DNA of 64,000 nucleotides from Clostridia bacterium (GTDB lineage Bacteria; Bacillota; Clostridia; Christensenellales; UBA1242): NCBI GenBank assembly GCA_045638465.1, contig JAZUBK010000028.1, positions 40,335 to 104,334 of the forward strand, read 5' to 3'. Shown piece by piece: positions 57,184 to 64,000 of this stretch (position 1 is its first letter; each line of letters starts with the position of its first letter). The notes under the pieces were generated by a model. It saw only the letters and a program-made list of their open reading frames with translations, ran no database searches and was not told where the DNA came from. The position numbers and the translations under genes were made by a program.

Positions 57184-59841
57184 CTATTCCCAGTTCGATA
57201 CTTTATGTTTTTTGTTAATTTGTTTATAATTTAGAGTGATATAAGATTTTTTGCGGCAGTCTAGAATAAACTTTCTACCCTCTTCGTTACGGGTATATAC
57301 TAGTAAAAATTTGCCAGTATGTTTTTGAAGTTCTTTATCAAACTCTTCGACATATTCTTTCTTTTGGCCGATGATAGTAGGACAAGCAAAAGAAACTCTT
57401 TCGTCTGGTTTTTTGAAGATATTTTGTCTGATTAAAATATATCTTGGATTTTCGATTGGAGAGAGAAGTTCGGTTATGGCGGTGTTGAAGATATTTTCTT
57501 CTCTTACGCTACCACCCATAAGCACAATTGTTATATCTTTTTTGTCATTTTCTTTGACTTTGATATAAGAATTGGTTTGGATAAGACCCATAAACTTGAG
57601 AGTATGAAGCACTGCTTTTGCAAGAGTTTTTATAGATCTTTTTGGCGATATATGAGAAACTATTTTATCGATAATTTTGCTTGAGTAAACTGCAAGAATA
57701 AATAATATTACTATACCGCTAAGCATCATAATCCAATTTCCTGTACTCATAAAACCATCGTAAAAAATGTAACTTATAATCATCATAATACCAGTGACAA
57801 GTGCTTGGATAAGGGCATTTTGTAGAGTAAAAGCTCTTACTCTTTTTTCTTTCGGAACGTCAGTTTCCAAAAATGTTCTTGCTGAGCCTGAAGTTTCATT
57901 TTGCCATGAATTTTTTGTTTGCTCTCTATTTTGAGCAATGGCCAAAGTTGTTTCGTTAATTTTATTTACATTTTTCTCGCTATATGGTGGTTTGATGTTG
58001 GTAAGTCTATCAATACCACTTTCAATACCCTCTTTGGTATAATTTGGACCAACAAAACACTCAAATCTACGCTCAAGCATATCTAAATCACACGAAGAAA
58101 CGCTAGAATATTGTTCGGTGCTTTTCTTTATTTTTCGGGCTATTAGTTTATCCTCTAAGATATATTCTGGCTCTACAGTGGCAAGGTGCCATATGTTAGA
58201 TACTTTATTTGGGTTATTCTTATCTATACGAATTGCCCTACCACGCATTTGGTTAGATAGCATAAAACTACCAACAAAACTTGCAAGGATCAAAGAGTTT
58301 ATACAAGGAGAATCCCACCCCTCGCCAAGTAGCGATTTTGTGCCGACTAAAATGTTAATTAAACCATCTTTAAAAATTCGGCTAACTATTTGGACCTTTT
58401 GTTTATTTCCGCCTTTGAAGTTAAACTCAGAGTAATTTGTTCCTGCAATTTCTTTGCAAGAAAATTCTTTTGAGGTCATTTTTTGAACATTTGAAAAATG
58501 TTCTTTTAGGGCGGTTGGAAGTATTACTAAACTTCCTGATAATACACCTATATTTGTCTTTGTGAATTTTCTACGCAAAGTTTCAAATATACTTACAACG
58601 CTTATGTTTGTTATTTCATTTTTTGTGCCGATATCTTTGATACTTTCTTTTTTGATATAGTCGGTAAGTATAAGCATACGCAATTCTTTACCTAGGGCTT
58701 TTATCTCACTATCTGCGATAATCTCTACACTGTCTAGTTTGCCCATAGAAGAATAAACTTGTTTTTTTAGTTTGTCATTTAAATCAAGCGCAACTTTGCC
58801 TTTTTCGATAAGAGAGTATTTTTTGAAGGTTGCGTTTATCTCGGCTTTTTCTTCTTCGGTTGTAAGGTCTGAAGATAGCAAAAAGTTAATAGCTCTCTCG
58901 CCATACAAAAGTGAAAACTTAGGCAAATAGCCTTTGGTTGTAAGAATCTTTTTTAGTTTGCGTGGAACTTTGAGCTCTGCCTTTTGGAAAAGTACAAGAA
59001 GTGCTATTATTTCTTTGCTATTGGTATAAAGAAAGTCATAGTCGTCTTTTTTTATTTCCATTGTTCTTTGGTAAACCGATTGTAGAGTTTGGCTTGACAA
59101 AAATTCATTTAGGGCGTTATTTGCTCTTTCTTTGTAATCTTTGAAATTCTTTATTTCTTTTTCAGTTGGGAAATTTAGATATACAAAGTCTTGATGCGGA
59201 CAAAGGGTGTTAGTTTTAACAAGTTCCGGAACGCCGATTTCTTCATCAATCTCGCCACAAATTGTTTGGTATCTTTGCCACTCTGTAGCACTCGCATCAT
59301 ATGGTGGAGTTGCTGTAAGAGATACAATCTTGATATCTTTATCAAGGCCTTTGATAAACATCTCAAGTGACTTTTGCCATTCATTTTGCAAATGGTGTGC
59401 CTCGTCTAAAGCAATGGTTTTAATTCCTTGCTCTTTAACTAGGTTAAATAGGTCTATGTTAGAATAATCTATTGTTTCGTCTTCGCTTTCCACTTTAATT
59501 TTATTTAGCGCAGAATACATCGCTTGGTATGTTATAGAATTAAGCAGGGCTAGTTTGTTTAGGTTAGAAGAATAATACTTTTCTAACTTTTCGCCTTCAG
59601 GAACAAAAAAGTCTCCAAATCTTTCACCCCATTGGTCACGTATTGTAACCGTTGGAGAAAAGATAAGACAAGGGCTATTTAGTCTACGTATAAGTTCAAG
59701 GCCAAGTATGGTTTTGCCGCTGCCAGGTGCAGCTACGACGTTAATTCGGCCGTCGTGCATATGGTTGTCTACAGTATCTAGTATTCTTTGTTGATAATCT
59801 CTAAAAGTTCCTTTGAATACTATTCCTTCAAAATCTTTCAT
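57184..59841 (-). CDS. SF2 DEAH-box helicase (ResIII/SSL2-like core) with an internal TM hairpin and a 166-aa C-terminal domain
   Basis: Motif I AAPGSGKT, motif II LDEAHH, motif III SLTATPP, motif VI QMRGRAIR. Hydrophobic pair at aa 670-719 (ALIQALVTGIMMIISYIFY..WIMMLSGIVILFILAVY). Confidence 0.85.
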   Translation of the reverse strand: MKDFEGIVFKGTFRDYQQRILDTVDNHMHDGRINVVAAPGSGKTILGLELIRRLNSPCLIFSPTVTIRDQWGERFGDFFVPEGEKLEKYYSSNLNKLALLNSITYQAMYSALNKIKVESEDETIDYSNIDLFNLVKEQGIKTIALDEAHHLQNEWQKSLEMFIKGLDKDIKIVSLTATPPYDASATEWQRYQTICGEIDEEIGVPELVKTNTLCPHQDFVYLNFPTEKEIKNFKDYKERANNALNEFLSSQTLQSVYQRTMEIKKDDYDFLYTNSKEIIALLVLFQKAELKVPRKLKKILTTKGYLPKFSLLYGERAINFLLSSDLTTEEEKAEINATFKKYSLIEKGKVALDLNDKLKKQVYSSMGKLDSVEIIADSEIKALGKELRMLILTDYIKKESIKDIGTKNEITNISVVSIFETLRRKFTKTNIGVLSGSLVILPTALKEHFSNVQKMTSKEFSCKEIAGTNYSEFNFKGGNKQKVQIVSRIFKDGLINILVGTKSLLGEGWDSPCINSLILASFVGSFMLSNQMRGRAIRIDKNNPNKVSNIWHLATVEPEYILEDKLIARKIKKSTEQYSSVSSCDLDMLERRFECFVGPNYTKEGIESGIDRLTNIKPPYSEKNVNKINETTLAIAQNREQTKNSWQNETSGSARTFLETDVPKEKRVRAFTLQNALIQALVTGIMMIISYIFYDGFMSTGNWIMMLSGIVILFILAVYSSKIIDKIVSHISPKRSIKTLAKAVLHTLKFMGLIQTNSYIKVKENDKKDITIVLMGGSVREENIFNTAITELLSPIENPRYILIRQNIFKKPDERVSFACPTIIGQKKEYVEEFDKELQKHTGKFLLVYTRNEEGRKFILDCRKKSYITLNYKQINKKHKVSNWE

Positions 59842-59853
59842 TTCTTCTCCGTT

Positions 59854-60735
59854 TTATTTGTTAAAATCTCTTTCTATTACTTTCTTTAGTGATAGCAATT
59901 CTTCTCTCATAGTAGAAGCACCTGCAGTAAGGCCTATAATGGAGTCTTTGGTTATGTTTATACCAGCGTTTTTTAGAGCATCTTTATAACTGTATATGTC
60001 TTCGATAAATATACTAGGACATACGGTTGATAAATTGTTATATAGCTCTTTTGTATTGCTTGAGTTTTTGCCTCCAACTACTATCATTACATCAACGCTT
60101 TTTGCAAGGTCAAGAGATGATTTGTTTATTTCTCTTTGGGCGGTGCACATTGATTTGTTGATCATTATTTCGCAGTTATTTTGCTTTGCTATCTTTTCTA
60201 TCTTGTCTGTTAAAATCTCTGCTAGGCTTATGTTAAAAGTTGTTTGGCAGATAAGATAGAGTTTTTTGTTTTTTATGTCGTTTAGTTTTGTAAGGTCACT
60301 TTCGTCTTGAATTAAAATAGATGATTGTGCCCAACCTATAGTTCCCTCTACTTCAGGGTGTATTTTTTCTTTATATTTACCAAGAATAATTATTTCGTAG
60401 CCTTTGAGCGAATACTCTTTTACCTTATTGTGTATATTCTCTACATTGGGGCAAGTGCAATCAAGGTAGGGTACACCTTTTTTGTTTAAGATATCATAAG
60501 TGCTAGGTGGCTCACCGTGGCCTCTTATTATTGCTATAGAGTCTTGAGTTAATTTATCGATATCATTTTCGGTTCGGGCTCCTAGTGCTAGTAAAAAGTT
60601 GTTTGTGTTTTTGTTGTGCACTATTTCTTTGAATATTGTAACGTTTTTACCATCGTTTATGGTGTCGATTACCCTATTTATTGCCCTTCGGCAGCCTGAA
60701 CATAGGCCGCATATTTCTGCTATTTTTATTTCCAT
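59854..60735 (-). CDS. ispH: 4-hydroxy-3-methylbut-2-enyl diphosphate reductase (divergent)
   Basis: IspH/LytB landmarks: CGLCSGCRRAI, IVHN, RGHGEPP, DCTCPNV, HPEVEG, QTT, MCTAQRE, VVGGKNSSNT. Confidence 0.8.
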   Translation of the reverse strand: MEIKIAEICGLCSGCRRAINRVIDTINDGKNVTIFKEIVHNKNTNNFLLALGARTENDIDKLTQDSIAIIRGHGEPPSTYDILNKKGVPYLDCTCPNVENIHNKVKEYSLKGYEIIILGKYKEKIHPEVEGTIGWAQSSILIQDESDLTKLNDIKNKKLYLICQTTFNISLAEILTDKIEKIAKQNNCEIMINKSMCTAQREINKSSLDLAKSVDVMIVVGGKNSSNTKELYNNLSTVCPSIFIEDIYSYKDALKNAGINITKDSIIGLTAGASTMREELLSLKKVIERDFNK

Positions 60736-61026
60736 AGTTATATCATATCAAATATTTTTGTTTTTGCAAATTAAAAAGATAAAGGCTGTTTTTTGCGCTA
60801 TGATTTTTTACTTTTTTTAAGCATTTTGTGGGCAATATATTTGCTAAAATAAAAAAAACACCTGCGGTATAGCAAGTGCTTTTTATATATTCATTTAATA
60901 AAGAAGTTTAGATACTTTTTGTTTTCTTTACTAATAACAAAACCTATTGTTATGGTTAAAATTAATGTTATTGCAAAAGGAATGGTTGTCCATAAACAAT
61001 ACAACAAGTATAAACATCAAATAGTG

Positions 61027-62961
61027 TTATTTTTCTACTTCGATCAAAAATTCTTTTGCACACGCAATGTAGCTAGATCTTGTATTGCTTGGACTAGATA
61101 GTGCTGCTCTTGTGTAGTAGCCTACTACTTCGTCTGAGTTTTTGAAATATTCATCAAGCTCAGCGTCGTCGTTTAGCATTTCTCTTAGTTTGTCGAAGTT
61201 AAATTTATCTCTTGAAACATTTTTCTTTAGCTCTTGCAAAACATATCCAACAACTATCTTTCTACCTGTGATTTCCCAGATAGCGTCTTCTTTTTTCTTG
61301 ATAGGAACTAAACGAGCAAACATATATTCTACTTCGGTAGCAAATTTGATTAGTTTATCTTTACCCATACCGCCGTTAACTAGTAGTGAGTGGTAACCAC
61401 TATAAGTTTTGTCCAAAACCTCTTGTAGTTGGTTATGGCTAAACTCTAGGTATTTCCAGCTCTCTACTATTTCTAGCAAGAAACTGTCATTGATATCGCC
61501 GTCGTATTCTACTTGGCAAGATACCACACCAAAAGCTCTAGGGCCGATAGCATAGATGTATGTGCTACGTTTTTCGCTACCCTTTTCTACATATATTTTT
61601 GTAGCAGGAACGCCCATTGGTAATGTAAGGTCTTTTTTGTTTACAATATTAAAGCCGTTTTTTGTAAGTCTATCGATATACTCTTGGGCCATTTTTTCAT
61701 GAGTAGCTTTGTCATCGAACACTTTGTCTATAACTACAGTAACAGGGAAACCTTCTACCAAGTTTCTTTCGTTTGCTCTATACAAAAAGTGTAGAATATT
61801 ACGAGTTTCTGGACTTTGATTTAGTTTTTCTGGAGGCATTTGTCTAAAAGCTTTGTCTGCGGTAAAACTATATCTAAAAAATCTGTTTGCATACATATAG
61901 TTATTTGTAAACACGTCAGTTTTTACAACTTCTATTAGTTCTTTTTTGTTCAATGTAACTCTTTTGAAGTTGCTTTCGAAACTATTGATTACGCTATCAA
62001 AGTAAGCAACTTTTGTTGGGTTTGTTTTTTGAGCTTCTTGTTTTAGCTCGTATAATTTTTTCAAAGTACGCATAAGTGTTACTTCGGTAATTTGAGGTAG
62101 CATATAAGGAAGATTATTTTGTTGCATAAACTTTGCAGACTCTGCTGGTGGTGGAACTTTAAAATCTTTTCCTTGTTTGCCTTTGATTATATTTAGCTCG
62201 TTAGAAACAAACTTGTCTGCCTCTACTGAGCTATCATACATAAGTGATAGTAGGTAATAAGCTTTGGCTTTTTCGTATTCTTCTTTGTCTAAATGGTAAT
62301 AACCAAAAGCCCTTATCATACGGGCATAATCTTCTATATACCATACTTTTGTAAAGGCATCTTGAAGGTATTTGTATCCGTCTTGAGTTTTCTTTTGTAA
62401 TTTGCAAATTTCAAAAAGTTCAAGAAGCGATGATACGTCCATTGGGTTTTTCTCACCGACCATCTCAAGCACTTTTTTTGCTTCGTCAAATTTCTTTAGT
62501 TCGATTAAGCAAAAACTTTTTACCTTCAAAAAGGCTACTTCGTCTTTTGCCACCCAGATACAACTTTCTTTTGGGTTCTTTGTAGAATAAATAAGCATCT
62601 CTGCAAAAGAATCAAATTGATATCTTTTTGCATCTTCTTCTACACCATTTGGCGCAGGAGGAACAGGTTGAGCGGCGATATAATCTAGTGTTGCGTTGAT
62701 TATATCAAGGGCCTTTGCAAAATCTTTAGTAGAGATTGATTTGCCAACCAAGTCGTATAGTTTAAGATAAGTTTTTGGACGAACGTCTCTTAGGAAGTTT
62801 TCTCTTTCATCTGGCGAAAGGTAGTCACCTAGATATAAACTCAACAAATGAGTTTCTGCTTCTTTAGTTTCGTCTTTTAAACTTTCGTTAATCGCATTTT
62901 CGATAGTTTGTCTTTTTTGGGTGTTGTCACCTTTTAGTTTTGATAAAAAATCTTTTAGCAT
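61027..62961 (-). CDS. hypothetical protein (644 aa), helical/TPR-like N-terminal half
   Basis: Start at ATG 62961 (AGGAGAAATT upstream). Helical-repeat-like segments (EYEKAKAYYLLSLMYD). No family named. Confidence 0.65.
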   Translation of the reverse strand: MLKDFLSKLKGDNTQKRQTIENAINESLKDETKEAETHLLSLYLGDYLSPDERENFLRDVRPKTYLKLYDLVGKSISTKDFAKALDIINATLDYIAAQPVPPAPNGVEEDAKRYQFDSFAEMLIYSTKNPKESCIWVAKDEVAFLKVKSFCLIELKKFDEAKKVLEMVGEKNPMDVSSLLELFEICKLQKKTQDGYKYLQDAFTKVWYIEDYARMIRAFGYYHLDKEEYEKAKAYYLLSLMYDSSVEADKFVSNELNIIKGKQGKDFKVPPPAESAKFMQQNNLPYMLPQITEVTLMRTLKKLYELKQEAQKTNPTKVAYFDSVINSFESNFKRVTLNKKELIEVVKTDVFTNNYMYANRFFRYSFTADKAFRQMPPEKLNQSPETRNILHFLYRANERNLVEGFPVTVVIDKVFDDKATHEKMAQEYIDRLTKNGFNIVNKKDLTLPMGVPATKIYVEKGSEKRSTYIYAIGPRAFGVVSCQVEYDGDINDSFLLEIVESWKYLEFSHNQLQEVLDKTYSGYHSLLVNGGMGKDKLIKFATEVEYMFARLVPIKKKEDAIWEITGRKIVVGYVLQELKKNVSRDKFNFDKLREMLNDDAELDEYFKNSDEVVGYYTRAALSSPSNTRSSYIACAKEFLIEVEK

Positions 62962-63105
62962 AATTTCTCCTATATGGGCTAGTATTATCACAAAAATTAT
63001 AACAAAGCGGCAAAATATTTGCAAATAATATCATCATTTGTTTGATTATTTTTGCTTTTTTGTGGTATTCTAAAGAAAATAAATAGTATAAAGGAAATGT
63101 TAAAT

Positions 63106-63954
63106 ATGTTCGGAAGAAGAAGCGATGGCGTACCTGTAGAAGGTCTTGGAATAATCGAGAAAGCAAGTCCACACTTTATGGTGGCAAGAAATGATGCTTG
63201 TAACAGCATCACTAACCCTGTAAGATGCGAAAATATGGACGCATGGATTGCAGAGAAAAGAAAAGAAGGCAAAAACTATAGTTATATGGACGTAGTACTT
63301 GCAAGTATAGTAAGACTTCTTGCTATAAGACCTTGGCTAAATAGATTTGTTGTAAGAGGAAAGATATTCCAACGTAAAGGAATCTTTATCTCTATGACTG
63401 TAAAAAAATCTTTGAAAGATAGCGCCGCCGAAACTGTTATCAAAGTTGGCTTTGACGGAACAGAAACTATCGACCAAGTAAAAGAAAAATTCCGTGCTGA
63501 GATAGAAAAGGCTTGGGGCGAAGAAACAGCAACTGAAAGCGCTGGTAAAAAGTTTACTAGACTTCCACAGTTTCTATTTAGATGGGCTATGGGCCTAGTT
63601 AGATACTGGGATAATAGAGGTATGCTTCCTAAATCTTTAATTAAGGCTAGTCCTTTCCATACAAGTGTATTTTTGACTAACCTAAAATCTATCAAAACTG
63701 ATGCTATTATTCACCACCTATATAACTTTGGTACTACATCATTGTTTGTAGCTATGGGTAAAGAAAAAGAAGCACCTGTAGTAGATAATGGCAAACTAGC
63801 AGTTGGCAAGATAATGAACCTAGGCATCAATATGGACGAACGTGGTTGCGACGGTTTCTACTTTGCAAGATCTTTAAAAATATGGAACGATATTTTCCAA
63901 GATCCTACTATACTAGAGCGCCCATTTACAGAGGAAGACATTATTAACAAATAG
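63106..63954 (+). CDS. CAT-fold acyltransferase resembling the 2-oxoacid dehydrogenase E2 catalytic domain, no lipoyl domain
   Basis: The C-terminal motif MDERGCDGFYFARSL aligns with the E2/CAT active-site pattern DHR..DG. Start at ATG 63106. Confidence 0.5.
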   Translation: MFGRRSDGVPVEGLGIIEKASPHFMVARNDACNSITNPVRCENMDAWIAEKRKEGKNYSYMDVVLASIVRLLAIRPWLNRFVVRGKIFQRKGIFISMTVKKSLKDSAAETVIKVGFDGTETIDQVKEKFRAEIEKAWGEETATESAGKKFTRLPQFLFRWAMGLVRYWDNRGMLPKSLIKASPFHTSVFLTNLKSIKTDAIIHHLYNFGTTSLFVAMGKEKEAPVVDNGKLAVGKIMNLGINMDERGCDGFYFARSLKIWNDIFQDPTILERPFTEEDIINK

Positions 63955-63964
63955 TAAATAAAAA

Positions 63965-63997
63965 AACCTAACTAAAATTTAGTTAGGCTTTTTTTTA
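63965..63997 (+). terminator. intrinsic terminator
   Basis: CCTAACT/AGTTAGG hairpin flanked by an A-run and a T-run. Confidence 0.75.
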
Positions 63998-64000
63998 TTA

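Noticed and set aside
60886-61101. ORF 60919-61101 (+), and short minus-strand ORFs (a hydrophobic peptide of about 38 aa) just after the stop of the 644-aa gene.
   Set aside because: No ATG start with an SD is available, only TTG candidates. The plus-strand ORF overlaps the 3' end of a better gene. Evidence is insufficient.
1-64000. CRISPR arrays, IS elements/transposases, prophage genes and rRNA operons.
   Set aside because: I saw no regularly spaced direct repeats, no transposase, integrase, terminase or capsid-like proteins in the six-frame track, and no rRNA-like conserved strings.

Overview
AT-rich, gene-dense bacterial chromosomal segment with Bacillota-like (low-GC Gram-positive or wall-less relative) gene content. 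It uses the standard code: TGA terminates the SDR gene at 7419-7421 and Trp is TGG, so it is not a code-4 Mycoplasma. AGGAG-type ribosome binding sites, TTGACA/TATAAT promoters and hairpin plus T-run terminators are readable throughout. Housekeeping genes I recognise with confidence are folD, metG, dtd, tex-like, hup (HU), radC, lepB, ldh, mscL and ispH, a DegV protein, and three tRNAs: Ser-GCU, Arg-UCG and Arg-ACG. The dominant feature is one uninterrupted 13.7-kb ORF (15462-29138, 4558 aa). It encodes a lipobox-anchored surface protein built from tandem Ig-like repeat modules. A second repeat-built surface protein (Listeria/Bacteroides B-repeats) lies at 55185-57083. The stretch 34.8-48.3 kb is an accessory-looking run of small enzymes: CYTH-like, 2x HD, nucleotidyltransferase, MBL, a P-loop-CYTH fusion, 2x NUDIX, GNATs, acyl-ACP thioesterase, CPBP protease and VanZ. 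I found no rRNA, CRISPR array, transposase, integrase or phage structural genes. The items most worth follow-up are:
- the giant adhesin;
- a ~700-bp ORF-free region (38466-39161) carrying three copies of a GC-rich 14-bp palindrome;
- an unannotated 50-codon Trp/Lys-rich peptide gene with a perfect consensus promoter, next to a membrane protein and a MacB-type ABC exporter;
- an SF2 helicase with an internal transmembrane hairpin;
- a P-loop kinase-CYTH / YgjV-like / MscL operon;
- a decayed duplicate of the tRNA-Ser 3' end.
All functional calls rest on motif recognition by eye, since no database search was possible.
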